A stretch of 64,000 nt of DNA from Naegleria gruberi (Eukaryota), in the NCBI GenBank assembly GCA_000004985.1, contig GG738866.1; one strand, 5' to 3'. Positions 31,145 to 42,228 of the stretch are shown piece by piece. Numbering within the stretch: position 1 is the first letter of the stretch; each line of letters begins with the position of its first letter. The translations under genes were made by a program, and so were the position numbers. Under the pieces are notes generated by a model, which was not told the DNA's origin, searched no databases, and was given only the letters and a program-made list of their open reading frames with translations.

Positions 31145-31798
31145 ATGAGAAGACTTTTCGGAGGAAGTAAGGACAAGGCACCAACTGTTACTCTCGATGA
31201 TACAAGCAAGAGACTGGAAGATCGTCAGGAAGTGCTCGGAAAAAAGATCAAACAGCTGGAGGCAGAGCTGGCCAAGTTGAGGGATCAAATTAAAAAGACT
31301 CCGAATCAAATGATGCAAGAAAGATTAAAGCAAAAAGCTATGCAAGTATTAAAACAAAAGAAAATGTATGAAAAACAACAAGAATCATTGATGGGACAAC
31401 AATGGAATGTGGATCAAACTAATTTTACAGTCAATACTGTCAAGGATTCTGTTGATACAATTAATGCAATGAAGTACGCATCTAAAACTTTGAAGAAACA
31501 ATTCAAAGAAGTTAACGCCGATAAAGTTGAAGATTTATATGATGATATTGCGGATCAAATGGAAGATGTGAATGATTTACAAGAAATCATGTCACGATCA
31601 TATCAAACACCTGAGGAAGTTGATGATAATGATTTGATGGCAGAACTGGATATGCTTGAAGGTGATATGGTTGCAGAAGATGATTCTTATTTGGATATTG
31701 ATGTGGATGTTCCTAGCAAGAATATTAGCACTGGCAAGCTCACTAAAAAGCAACAAGAGGATGCTGATTTGGAAAGAGAACTCGGTCTGCTACAATAA
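31145..31798 (+). CDS. ESCRT-III subunit CHMP4 / Snf7 (Vps32)
   Basis: 217-aa intronless ORF. 'LKQKKMYEKQQESL', 'VDTINAMKYASKTLKKQFKEVNADKVEDLYDDIADQMEDVNDLQEIMS' and the acidic C-terminal tail are collinear with CHMP4B 'LKRKKRYEKQLAQIDGTL...NMGYAAKAMKAAHDNMDIDKVDELMQDIADQQELAEEIS' (from memory). Confidence 0.75.
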   Translation: MRRLFGGSKDKAPTVTLDDTSKRLEDRQEVLGKKIKQLEAELAKLRDQIKKTPNQMMQERLKQKAMQVLKQKKMYEKQQESLMGQQWNVDQTNFTVNTVKDSVDTINAMKYASKTLKKQFKEVNADKVEDLYDDIADQMEDVNDLQEIMSRSYQTPEEVDDNDLMAELDMLEGDMVAEDDSYLDIDVDVPSKNISTGKLTKKQQEDADLERELGLLQ

Positions 31799-31942
31799 GG
31801 TCATTTAATGATTCTAAAATTTTGCTTGCGTTGTTTTGTACATAAGTTACTTGTATATTAATTAAATTGATTTCAATTCATTTTCTGTCAACTAATTAAC
31901 AGTGTACATTTGTTTTGATGTATTTTAAAAAGAAAGTGATCT

Positions 31943-33332
31943 CTAATTCAGTAAACGATTCAATAAATCTCCAATGGTCATACCATCTCTTTCTAACCAT
32001 TCTGGTTTATCATTCCATTCATCGCCCAGTGCATATGAGGAGCCGATTACTTGTCAGTGTGGAGACAATCTTTTGAATGGCAACCTTAATCTCCAAAGTA
32101 GCACCATAAGCCCCACATCCCCATCGTCCTGAATTGATTAATTGACCATTGAATTGTGAAAATGCACTGTAGGCTTTTGTTATTTCTCTCATGATACACT
32201 TGTTGGATCTTTCATTTAATTCTACTTCAGTATCAAATGGAATAGCATCAATAAAAAGGAGAGTTTGTGGGCTACCAAATGGTTGCAAATAATTCAGAGA
32301 TTCATTCAAGGCATTCGATTCTTTCAAGTAAACATGTCTATTAAATGTGAAATCAGTGACATTTTCCAATTGTCTATAAACTCCTTCTACAATCAAACAT
32401 TCCTCTGCTTCAATTTCTTTACAAATCATTGAAAATGGAAGCATTTCAGGGTAAATTCCAAAGAATAATTCTTCCTGAGTTGAGTAACTTCCTGGACCAA
32501 TCATTTTGTTTGCAAAAACAGTAGAAATTGAAGTTCTTGTGGACATTTGCTCCATTCTTGAAGGTAGAATTTCCATTACTTGCTTTTCAATTAATTTTTC
32601 CATATTTTCTTCAACCAATTGTTTCACATTATTAGAATCTACTCGAATTCTCCTCACTGAAATCTTTTCATTCAAAAAATTCGAATAGCTTTCATCCCTT
32701 TTAGACAATTCAACTATTCTAAACATTCTCCTCAAATAATTTGCCAATATTTTCAAATAAGTTTCACTCGAAGGAGTCGACTTGTGAGTCCACTCTCTCA
32801 AACTCGTCTCAAATCCAACAAACTTTCTTCCACATAATTGTTTCTTTGGATATTGAATTGCTCCAATCAACATACAGGCCACAAGAGTTGCAATTTGCAA
32901 TCTGGTCAACTCTACCTTCTGATTAGCTTCTGAACATAGTAAAACTTGCCCATCTGGGAATAATTCAGGAAGAAGCAACACTAAACCTTTCACACAATCC
33001 AATAATTCACCATTACTTTCACACAGTGAATCAAGCGTAGAAACACATGTCTTCATGTATGTTAATTCCAACTCATTCTCATCAAACTTTCGGGAAATTA
33101 CAAAATTTGATGAAGAATTACTAGATTCCCGATAGGAACGTAATAAATCAATTATTTGAGTCAATGAATATGATGTTGAATCATCATTATCAATGCATAG
33201 AGCTTGACAAATGGTCCAAAAAGAAACACTTTCTAATTCTTGGTCTTTTTCTGATAATTTTACAATGCCAGAATTTAAAACTTGATCGATAGGTGAGGTT
33301 GGAAGGATGAGGTAACGTTCTTGTTGTGACAT
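31943..33332 (-). CDS. PARG: Poly(ADP-ribose) glycohydrolase (PARG), with apparent +1 frameshift near the 3' end
   Basis: Real ATG at 33332. The annotated frame stops at 32019 ('...LICTGR*'). 'GPGSYSTQEELFF' matches the PARG GGG-X6-8-QEE signature, and 'EITKAYSAF...SGRWGCGAYGATLEIKVAIQ' matches PARG 'ELNKAYCGF...[20 protein letters not shown]'. Removing one G from the GGG run (C-run at 32025..32027 on the plus strand) continues the frame as 'LICTGDEWNDKPEWLERDGMTIGDLLNRLLN*' to 31943, which resembles PARG 'YFTFGDSELMRD...LTVGDVYKLLLRY'. Confidence 0.6.
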
Positions 33333-33616
33333 TTTTTTAATTTTTGTTTACAAAAGAGATTCAATGCTGAATATGAATCTCATTTTGAATGTTACACACT
33401 AGATATTACTAGTTTATGTTTGGCGTTGAATATTATCCTTGTGTGACAATCAAAGGAAATATGAAGTAACACAGAAATTTCCTCCATTTACCCAGCTCTA
33501 CACTCGAGATATAAAAAACTCTAGTGCTACTTTTCAATCCTTTCACTTACAGCTGTACATGGATGCTTTCAGGTTGCCTTAATATGCGTTCATGATAAAA
33601 TCATCCACTAAGAAAA

Positions 33617-36600
33617 ATGCTCACAAGCCCTAGAGAAGAATTTGCAGACTCGGGTGATGAAGATGATAAGGACGTTATCGATCAATTTAAAAAGCTGATA
33701 CGGCTTTCTAGGAATTCAAAACAAAATCATAGGAATTTTGCAAAAACTGAAATATCAAACAATATGAATTTTGGAAAGAATAACACTACAAGTGAAAAGG
33801 AAGAAAAAGTCAGTGGTATAGCTAATATGGTGATGAAACGGTTAATGATGGGAAAGTTTGTTACACAAGTCAGGCCTCATTTTCTCTCTGCTGTTCTATA
33901 TTCCGATGAGAGTAGAGAGGACGATTGTTCATCAGTAGCCAATGTATTGTACTCTCGACTCGTTGATTCAATTTCAAAAACTTCTAGGTCGCAAACCATT
34001 GTTCTTAATGGAAAAACAACAAGAAAGAGAGTGAAAACAACATTAACCTTGTTGAACCTTTTATTAGGAGCAAAAGGTAGTGCATCTATTGCTTCCGAAC
34101 AGCTTTCGTTATTTTACAGATTTGGTTCAACTAGTTTGGAACATGGAGAGTACTTGAAACCACTCTTTGCTTTCAATATTGGAATTACATTCAAAACTGA
34201 AAAGGGTTCGTCACAACTATCAGCTCTCGATTTTGATGTGGCTGCTTCTCTTTTCAATAGGTTTGAGATTGAATATTTACTTGAGAAGAAGAGTCCTTAC
34301 CAAACAGCTGTTCAATGTATTGTAGAAAGAATTGAAATATTCAAAGACTTGTTGTGTGCACCTTCAAAAATGTTAGAACCTCTGCTGGGCCAAACTTTTG
34401 TTGAATTGAAATATTTCGCTTTCATTAATAACTTGAAAAAGGAGGTACCAATGTCAGAGTCTAGGTTTTATGATTTTCTCAAGAATATTAAGAGGGCTCT
34501 TTTGTGTTCAACAAGAGAGATTAATACTCTTCTAAGAACGTTATCCATCATACTGCTATTATTGGATTTGGAAGATAACACATCATCTGATGCTTTCAAT
34601 GAGGCTATAAAGTCTGAAATAGAAAGCCATTTGGAAACATTTGACTCTGAGTTACTGGGTCAAATATGTGAAATATTACACATGGAACAATTTGAAGTAT
34701 TGAAAAGTGTTGGAATGATGATAGACAATAAGAGAGAAGAGCTAGGATTTGCGTTTACCAAGTGCACTAGTTTTGTTTGTATTTTGGTTGAATCACTATT
34801 CAGATGGATAGGACAAAAATGTAAAAAAGCATCAAAAGATTTTGTAAATAGTATTGAAATTGATGAGAATCTTGAATGCGAAAATATAGCAGCAGTTCAC
34901 ATTATAAGTTTCCCAGAATTGTCAGCAGAAAAGAACATCATTTATTCCTTTGGAGATTTATGGTGTAATGCCAGTTCTGAGCACGCCTACTCTTGGGCTT
35001 TACAATTTTTGGTAGAGGATATTTCAACAACCCATACAAAGGAAGGATTTGTGACTGATCCTCTTATTGATATTTTAGAAGGTTCTTCAAGCAGAGAAAT
35101 TATTGACTTTTTGTTTGGGAATACTGGTTTATTGTGTTCCTATCCTTCTCTTTCAGATACATCAACTTACCACGACAGAAAGGATGCTATAGATAAGGTT
35201 ATTTTCTTCTTCCGTAATAATTCATATTATGGACTAAGCAGTGTAAATATGGATCAAAATGATGGAAATCACTACATGATTAACCATTCATTTGGAAAAT
35301 TCAAATATGAAGTTGGTTCATTCTTTCCAAAATATATCAATGAAGATGTCCAGCACCAAATATTGAAGGCTGGAATACCAAGTGTTGAAATATCTGATCT
35401 ACACAAGGATTTCCTTCATTCAATGAAGAGTTTATTCTCACCGACTGCCTTGAACTCGGATCCGACTTTTGTAACCTTTTTCCATTTGAAAACCAATACA
35501 TCAACTAATGATTTAATGCAACAAATGATTAATAGCCAAGTTATGACAGTCTCTGATGTATGTGAAAAGTCCTTTGATGTTACTCTTTCGAAGAAATCAT
35601 TCTGGAAAGTTTTTCATCCACTTTCATACAAAAAGTTTTCAAAAGATACCGCTCTTGACCTGGCAGTTTCAAAGATACTTCTCCACTCTATTGGATTTCA
35701 AAAGAGTGGTCAAACACAATTTTATTTTATTGGCAAATCCTCAGTTATGCTTAAAAGAGATACTTACGAAACATTGAGAGCGCACGTTTTTGATGTTATG
35801 AATGAAGCTGCAACAGTTATTCAAAAGTTGTGGAGGCGCTATAAGTTGAAAAAGAAATTGAGGGAATCTATTAAGGAGGCTATTGAAAACAACAGGAAAG
35901 AAATTAAAAAGAAGCCCTCTCCTCAAAAAATTGAAATACCAAATGAAGAAGTGCTGTTTTCAAAGCCAAAGATGGCTGTCAGCACCACTCCTCTAAGCGA
36001 AAAGAAGAAGAAACTTCAAAAGTCATATGCTTATGGATTAGTAAAAAGAAAAGAGGCAATTAAAAAGAGAGCCGCTTCTCCAATGAAGAAACCAAAGCCA
36101 CAAAAGGTAGAAAAGGTGGATATCGACACTCAGGTATCTGTAATTCAAGCATTAATTCGTGGTAAATTGGCAACCAGACATATGTCTAAAAAAGTTGACC
36201 TTAGTTTAAAGATCCAAAGATTGTACAGAGAAAAGAAGAGGAATGATATTGAAAGAGAAATAAGAAAAAGAAAGATTAATGTGATAAAAAAGAGAAACGA
36301 GCAAAAGAAACATGAGATTGAAAAATTGAATGTTGCCGCTAGGAAGATTCAACAAGCATGGGTCAACTATAAGGAAAATTATTTTCAAAAACAACTAATT
36401 GAGGCAGTGATCATAATTCAAAGGGCTTGGAGAGCTTACAAGTTGAAAAGGTCATTGAAAATTCTTCTAAAGATAAGACGAGATGGAGAGAGAAGGAAGA
36501 AAGAATATGAAGAAAGGGAAAGAAGACTGAAAGATAAAGAGATGCAAGTTGTAAGAGAAACCAAAGAATTGGAATATCAAAAACATATACTTGAAGAAAA

Positions 36601-37303
36601 GGAGAAGCTTTTTGTGAAACAGCACATTGTAGATAAAAAGCTGAAGGAAAAGGAAGAGCAGGTATGGAATTCATTACAAGAAATCAGCAATAGTCTGATT
36701 CATTCAAATAGAACTCAACTACCATTAAGCAGCCCTCCTCAACCACCTTCGAAAATTAGCAATCTTCCACTGCTACCTTCAAGTCAGCCAAAAAGACAGT
36801 TGGATGATTCATCAAAAGTTGCAACTAAAATGAGAGAATCATCAGTGAGAACAAAAACCAATATCACAAACGTGTCTAATAACTCAGAAGATAACTCGAG
36901 TTCTAACAAGAAAATTTCATATGCAGACCTGCTAAAAGAAGCCTATGGATCAGCATTCGAATCGAAAATTAAACCAAAACCTCCTTCTCTGAAAAAGGTC
37001 AACAAGACAGAATCAGAAATTGACAAATCAAAGATTGCATCTCCAAGAAAAGTCACTACCAATTCCCAAAACAAGAGTACCATTATTACAAATATTCCAA
37101 CAAGCAGAGTAGTTCCAAAACAACCAATACTTGAGCGTCAAACCCTTAATACTTCAAAATATCACCCTAGTACCATAATAGTTCCAGAAAAAGCAATGAA
37201 ACAGATGATTGAACGTAATGAAAAGAAGTCCAAGAAACCTAATGAAACGTGGAATCAATGGAATTTGCTTGTTCAGGAATTATCTAACGAATTTAATCCC
37301 TAA
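33617..37303 (+). CDS. IQ-motif (calmodulin-binding) protein, 1228 aa, with Lys/Glu-rich coiled-coil tail
   Basis: Single ORF with a real ATG. There are at least three IQ motifs ('AATVIQKLWRRYKLKK', 'VIQALIRGKLATRHMSKK', 'AARKIQQAWVNY...AVIIIQRAWRAYKLKR'). The N-terminal ~650 aa is not assigned to a family. Confidence 0.5.
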   Translation: MLTSPREEFADSGDEDDKDVIDQFKKLIRLSRNSKQNHRNFAKTEISNNMNFGKNNTTSEKEEKVSGIANMVMKRLMMGKFVTQVRPHFLSAVLYSDESREDDCSSVANVLYSRLVDSISKTSRSQTIVLNGKTTRKRVKTTLTLLNLLLGAKGSASIASEQLSLFYRFGSTSLEHGEYLKPLFAFNIGITFKTEKGSSQLSALDFDVAASLFNRFEIEYLLEKKSPYQTAVQCIVERIEIFKDLLCAPSKMLEPLLGQTFVELKYFAFINNLKKEVPMSESRFYDFLKNIKRALLCSTREINTLLRTLSIILLLLDLEDNTSSDAFNEAIKSEIESHLETFDSELLGQICEILHMEQFEVLKSVGMMIDNKREELGFAFTKCTSFVCILVESLFRWIGQKCKKASKDFVNSIEIDENLECENIAAVHIISFPELSAEKNIIYSFGDLWCNASSEHAYSWALQFLVEDISTTHTKEGFVTDPLIDILEGSSSREIIDFLFGNTGLLCSYPSLSDTSTYHDRKDAIDKVIFFFRNNSYYGLSSVNMDQNDGNHYMINHSFGKFKYEVGSFFPKYINEDVQHQILKAGIPSVEISDLHKDFLHSMKSLFSPTALNSDPTFVTFFHLKTNTSTNDLMQQMINSQVMTVSDVCEKSFDVTLSKKSFWKVFHPLSYKKFSKDTALDLAVSKILLHSIGFQKSGQTQFYFIGKSSVMLKRDTYETLRAHVFDVMNEAATVIQKLWRRYKLKKKLRESIKEAIENNRKEIKKKPSPQKIEIPNEEVLFSKPKMAVSTTPLSEKKKKLQKSYAYGLVKRKEAIKKRAASPMKKPKPQKVEKVDIDTQVSVIQALIRGKLATRHMSKKVDLSLKIQRLYREKKRNDIEREIRKRKINVIKKRNEQKKHEIEKLNVAARKIQQAWVNYKENYFQKQLIEAVIIIQRAWRAYKLKRSLKILLKIRRDGERRKKEYEERERRLKDKEMQVVRETKELEYQKHILEEKEKLFVKQHIVDKKLKEKEEQVWNSLQEISNSLIHSNRTQLPLSSPPQPPSKISNLPLLPSSQPKRQLDDSSKVATKMRESSVRTKTNITNVSNNSEDNSSSNKKISYADLLKEAYGSAFESKIKPKPPSLKKVNKTESEIDKSKIASPRKVTTNSQNKSTIITNIPTSRVVPKQPILERQTLNTSKYHPSTIIVPEKAMKQMIERNEKKSKKPNETWNQWNLLVQELSNEFNP

Positions 37304-37371
37304 TCAACTGTTTAAATTGGATATTAAAATAAAATATTTAAAAAAATAAAAATAAAAAAATCACTATCAAC

Positions 37372-40300
37372 ATGTCGGAGGAAACACCTGTGGAACAACA
37401 AATATCCTCCAATATTGATGATGATCATCATCAGGTGGAAAATACTACCACTAGCATCACTGAGGATACCAACAATGATACATCGACTGTTAATGAACAA
37501 ACAGAAGATGAAACAACAAATATTGTCGAACAAACCTCCGAAGAATCAAAGCAGGAAGAAACAACAATTGAAGAAAATACATCAATAGAAGAAAAACAAT
37601 CTGTTGAATGTAATAACAATGACGATACTATTATTCAACCAACAACAGAAGAATCTACAAAGGTAGAAGAACAAGTAACTTCTCCAACGAGTGAGACCAA
37701 TTTTGATAATGGTGATTGGTTGGATGGTGATTCTTTTGCCACAACCGATGATCATCAACAAGAAACATTGTATAATAACGATCAATCTTCTACTGAAAAT
37801 AGCACACTGCCCGAACAAACAAATCTAGTGAGTGATAGTGTTATTTCTGCTCAATCAACAGATGAACAACAAGAAGCAACAACAACAAACACTGAGGAAC
37901 CAATAGTTGAAGAACAATCATCCGAAAAAGTAATTCCTAATACTTCATCACAGGAAGATTTTGGAGATTATTCAGAGGATGCTTCAGAAGCAATAGTTAT
38001 TGGAGAGACAATGCACGAACACAATTCATCCCAAGATGTAAATAATCAAGTGGAAATACCTTTGGAAGAATCTGTACAAACCAATGAGTCCAACACCTTG
38101 GAAAGTACAAACAAAGTAGAACATTCCGATAGTGTTGTTGAAGAGACTAATAACGAAAATTCAGATGAGGGATTTGCAAATAATGATGATTTTGGTGATT
38201 TCCCAAGCACAGCAACAGCAACCATGGAAACACCAACTATTGAGGAGCCATCAACAATAGTGGAATCTACATCTCAAGAGGGTAGCAACCAAACTTCTAC
38301 TGAGGATAATCTTAATTCGTCTGAACAACCTGCCGAAGATCAACTTGAGGAATCAACCAATCCATCAGAAGAAGGTAATAAGCCAGAAACAACTGTAGAA
38401 ACTGAATTCTCCTCCGTCCAAGAGGAGATGAAGTTTGCAAATGATGAAGATTTTGGAGATTTCCCAACATCGACCGAGGTGGAAACATCCCAACCTGCAC
38501 ATATTAATGAAACAACTGAACCAGTCAGAGAATTTGCAGAAGATGAAGATTTTGGAGATGTTCCAGTATCTACTGTGGTGGAAACATCCCAATCTACACT
38601 CGTAAAGGAAACAATCTCTGAACCTGTACCGGTTCAAGAATTAGCCAAGGATGAAGATTTCCCAACATCTACAGAGGAAACAGCCCAAAAAGAAGAGCAT
38701 GTTAATGACACGAATGAAAAAATAGAATCTGTTGATTCAACAGGCCAAGAAATTGAAATTGTTCAACCAACCACACAAGTTACTGGGTTTGACGATAATG
38801 ATAATTTTGGTGAATTCCCAGAGGTTGCTGAAAATACTCATAAGGTAAAAGGGTTTGGTGATGACGATGATTTTGGCGAATTCCCAACAGAACAACCAAG
38901 TGCACACACTGAAACTGTTATACAGCCAGCAACACAAGAGGAGAAGTTTGTAAATGATGAAGATTTTGGAGATTTCCCTCAACCTACACTCACAAATGAA
39001 ACAATTTCTGAACTAGAATTTGCCAAGGATGAAGATTTTGGAGATTTCCCAACATCAACTGAGGAAACAACCCACGTAAATGAAACAAGTTCTGAACCAG
39101 TTCAAGAATTTGCTCAAGGTGAGGATTTCGGAGATTTCCCAACATCTACTGAGGAAACATCCCACGTAAATGAATCTACTAACCCACCAACAGATGAAAC
39201 AAATGGTGGATTTGCAGAGGATGATGATTTTGGTGATTTTGCTCCAGCAGTTGAATCGACTGAGGCTAATGCAGAGGATGATTTTGGTGATTTTGCTGAA
39301 CCTACAACAGATTCTACTACAGAACAACCAACAACTACAGCAGATCATAATGAAGAAGACTTTGGAGATTTCAATGAGCCTACCCAAGAATCTACTAAGG
39401 AAGATGAAGACGATTTCGGTGGATTTGGGGAAGCAAAGGAGGAGGAAGAAGAACCTGTTGCTAAACCAGTTGAGATCAATTATGCAGATCTTCTTAAGGA
39501 TCAAAAACATGTTATTGATTCTATTCTTTCAATTGACCAGATCAAAAACGAGGACGAATTTTCCAAAGTTAAACAATCTGTTCACAATTTAGTTAGTATG
39601 CTTATACCAACTGAACTTGCAGGAAATCCAGAGAGAACTGACATTACTGGAGAATCTGGAAATACTCTAGAAAAACTATTCAATATGAATTCCAATCACA
39701 ATGCAGATATTTTAAGCAAAATGTCTGTTTGGCAAAATAGTTGTGTGGAAAAACACTTTTTACTCTCACTAGGAATGGAAAAAAAGAAGAATAAGAAGCT
39801 TAACAAACCACTCAGAAAAGCACTTCACAGAAGAACAGCTTCCACAACCTACTCGACACCAATTTCTGGAGATACCCCTCAAAAACCAAAGATTGATACT
39901 CCAAATGTAGATCAAAGAATGAAGATTGATGAAATTGGTAACATTTCTCAAAGAATGCTAGGAGCAAGACATAGAAGAGTTGGTTCCACTGTGACTGACC
40001 TTCATCTTTCTCCAAGAACTGTTCCATTAGGTGTAAACACAATGGAACAGGCTGTTTCACCAACCGCTACAAGTCCACTCCCAACTACTCCTGTATCTAC
40101 CAATAAGTTTACTGGAAACGTTCCATCACCAAGTTTATCGGCTCAACACACTGATGATCTCATCAATTCTTACACTCCATCTATCAATACGCCTTCCTCA
40201 AGTAAGCCAAAGAATGCTGAATTGGATGATATTGCAGCTTTAGTATTTGGTTCTGGATTTGCCTCTCCAACAAAGGAGATACCAAAGACAGAAGTCAAGG

Positions 40301-42228
40301 TTGCAACCAGTACCATCAAAATTACAACCACTTCTGCCTCGCCTTCAGGTGTTGCTCCTCAATCATCAACTGCATCTCAAAAACCTTCTGCTAGTAACAA
40401 TGGTTTTGATAACGATGACTGGGGAAGAATCATTCCAAACATTTCCACAAATACCAATGATGTTAAACCTGTTAAGCTAGATTCACCTGGTTTTGAAAAC
40501 GACACCAAACAATCTGCTACTATTTCCCAACAACCAAAGCCATCTCTATCACCTGTTAAAAAAGAAAGTGTTGTTTCTGCCAACGACGATTTTGGTGACT
40601 TCCCAGAACCAAAGTCAACAAAAGAAGAAACTGAATGGTCAAGTAATGATTCATGGGATGCACCTCCTCAAACATCTCCAAAAGCTACTTCAACAACTGA
40701 CTCTTGGTCTACACCTGAGCCAAAGGAGGTTTCAAATGATTCTTGGGGAGATGACAACAAGTGGACTGAACAATCATGGGAACCTTCACCACCAAAAGCA
40801 ACAGAAACTAAATCAGAAGTGCCAGTCAAGAAGATTGAATCTTCTGTTGTCTCAGCTAGTGAAGATGATTTTGGAGATTTCCCAGAACCAAAAGATCATG
40901 ACCCACAACAACACGATTCTTGGGGAAATACCCAAAATAATTCATGGGAAAGTTCTAGCAATAATTGGGCATCAAATAATGATTCATGGGGAACTTCTCA
41001 AAATGACTCCTGGACAACCCAAGTTGACTCTTTCAAACCTGAGCCAACCTCTTGGGAAAGCTCGTCCATAAGCAATACTAACAATGCTGCCAGCTCAACA
41101 CCATCATTTACTGATCAAGGTTTTGCCAATGATGATTTTGGAGATTTCCCAGTTGTAAAGGAGGATTCAAAGCCTCAAGCAGATTCTTGGGAAACTCAAA
41201 TACCAACCACTATTGAACCAGTCCAAACACCAGAAGCTTCAGTTCCAACTCCATCGTTCCAAACTACATCTCAACCTAATAGTGGATTTGACGACTTCCC
41301 AAAACAACAAGACGAGCAAGGTTTTGGTAACGATGATGATTTTGGAGATTTTCCAGAGCCACAAGACCATTCCCTTAAACAAAATGACAACGATGATTTT
41401 GGTGATTTCCCAGAGCCTCAAGATCACAAACCACAAGATGATTCATGGGGAAGCAACATTCAACCTGTCTCTAACAACGACTCTTGGCTTTCAGCTATTC
41501 CTACAAATGTACAAACTTCTGTTAAACCTGCTCAATTAGGAGGGTTCGATGATTGGTTGTCTCCTGCAACAGTTTCAACTCCACCTGCACAATCAACAGG
41601 TACACCGCTAAGTACCCCTCAACCAATTTCAGATGATTGGCTTTCAGGATCCATTTCTACTCCAACAGTTCCTCAGTCTCAACAAACAACTCAACCTACT
41701 GTAGTTGCTGATGATTGGCTCTCAGGATCTAGCTCTACAACAGCTCTTCCCCAAACTCAACCTGTTGGTGATGATTGGCTTTCTGGCTCCATTTCCACTC
41801 CAACAACACAATCATGGTCAACTGCTGCTGTTGCATCAACTGTTGAAACAACTGAGGATGATAGCTTTGGAGATTTCCCAGAACCAAAGGATCACGAACC
41901 AAACCATCAAGATAACGATGACGATTTTGGTGATTTCCCAGAACCTCAAGATCATGTACCAAAACAAACATTTTCCAATGATGGATTTGATACTTTCCCA
42001 GTTTCACAAAATATTATTATTCCTCCTGTTCAAACAAAGCCAATTGGTGGATTTGACGATTGGTTATCTACTCCAACCTCTCAATCAACAGGGTTTTCCT
42101 CCCAACCAACTTCCCAACCTGTAATTTCTGATGATTGGCTCTCCACTACCACCAGTGCTACTACTTCTCAACCATCTACAAATAATACTGCTGCTGGTAA
42201 ACCAAATGATCTTTTTGAATTTTTCTAA
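37372..42228 (+). CDS. Acidic low-complexity protein with ~27 [DE]n-F-G-D-F-P motifs, Ser/Thr/Pro-rich middle, and 'DDWLS'/'DSW' Trp-acidic repeats
   Basis: 1618-aa intronless ORF with a real ATG 68 nt after the IQ-gene stop. Motif copies include 'NDDDFGDFPST', 'NDEDFGDFPTST', 'EDEDFGDVPVST', 'DDDFGEFPTE', 'DDDFGDFA', 'EDDFGDFPEPKDH' (x5), plus seven '[FGSA]DDWLS[GTP]' and several 'NDSWG' copies. There is one non-repetitive segment (~aa 700-840, 'INYADLLKDQKHVIDSILSID...'). Product assignment is inferred. Confidence 0.55.
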   Translation: MSEETPVEQQISSNIDDDHHQVENTTTSITEDTNNDTSTVNEQTEDETTNIVEQTSEESKQEETTIEENTSIEEKQSVECNNNDDTIIQPTTEESTKVEEQVTSPTSETNFDNGDWLDGDSFATTDDHQQETLYNNDQSSTENSTLPEQTNLVSDSVISAQSTDEQQEATTTNTEEPIVEEQSSEKVIPNTSSQEDFGDYSEDASEAIVIGETMHEHNSSQDVNNQVEIPLEESVQTNESNTLESTNKVEHSDSVVEETNNENSDEGFANNDDFGDFPSTATATMETPTIEEPSTIVESTSQEGSNQTSTEDNLNSSEQPAEDQLEESTNPSEEGNKPETTVETEFSSVQEEMKFANDEDFGDFPTSTEVETSQPAHINETTEPVREFAEDEDFGDVPVSTVVETSQSTLVKETISEPVPVQELAKDEDFPTSTEETAQKEEHVNDTNEKIESVDSTGQEIEIVQPTTQVTGFDDNDNFGEFPEVAENTHKVKGFGDDDDFGEFPTEQPSAHTETVIQPATQEEKFVNDEDFGDFPQPTLTNETISELEFAKDEDFGDFPTSTEETTHVNETSSEPVQEFAQGEDFGDFPTSTEETSHVNESTNPPTDETNGGFAEDDDFGDFAPAVESTEANAEDDFGDFAEPTTDSTTEQPTTTADHNEEDFGDFNEPTQESTKEDEDDFGGFGEAKEEEEEPVAKPVEINYADLLKDQKHVIDSILSIDQIKNEDEFSKVKQSVHNLVSMLIPTELAGNPERTDITGESGNTLEKLFNMNSNHNADILSKMSVWQNSCVEKHFLLSLGMEKKKNKKLNKPLRKALHRRTASTTYSTPISGDTPQKPKIDTPNVDQRMKIDEIGNISQRMLGARHRRVGSTVTDLHLSPRTVPLGVNTMEQAVSPTATSPLPTTPVSTNKFTGNVPSPSLSAQHTDDLINSYTPSINTPSSSKPKNAELDDIAALVFGSGFASPTKEIPKTEVKVATSTIKITTTSASPSGVAPQSSTASQKPSASNNGFDNDDWGRIIPNISTNTNDVKPVKLDSPGFENDTKQSATISQQPKPSLSPVKKESVVSANDDFGDFPEPKSTKEETEWSSNDSWDAPPQTSPKATSTTDSWSTPEPKEVSNDSWGDDNKWTEQSWEPSPPKATETKSEVPVKKIESSVVSASEDDFGDFPEPKDHDPQQHDSWGNTQNNSWESSSNNWASNNDSWGTSQNDSWTTQVDSFKPEPTSWESSSISNTNNAASSTPSFTDQGFANDDFGDFPVVKEDSKPQADSWETQIPTTIEPVQTPEASVPTPSFQTTSQPNSGFDDFPKQQDEQGFGNDDDFGDFPEPQDHSLKQNDNDDFGDFPEPQDHKPQDDSWGSNIQPVSNNDSWLSAIPTNVQTSVKPAQLGGFDDWLSPATVSTPPAQSTGTPLSTPQPISDDWLSGSISTPTVPQSQQTTQPTVVADDWLSGSSSTTALPQTQPVGDDWLSGSISTPTTQSWSTAAVASTVETTEDDSFGDFPEPKDHEPNHQDNDDDFGDFPEPQDHVPKQTFSNDGFDTFPVSQNIIIPPVQTKPIGGFDDWLSTPTSQSTGFSSQPTSQPVISDDWLSTTTSATTSQPSTNNTAAGKPNDLFEFF

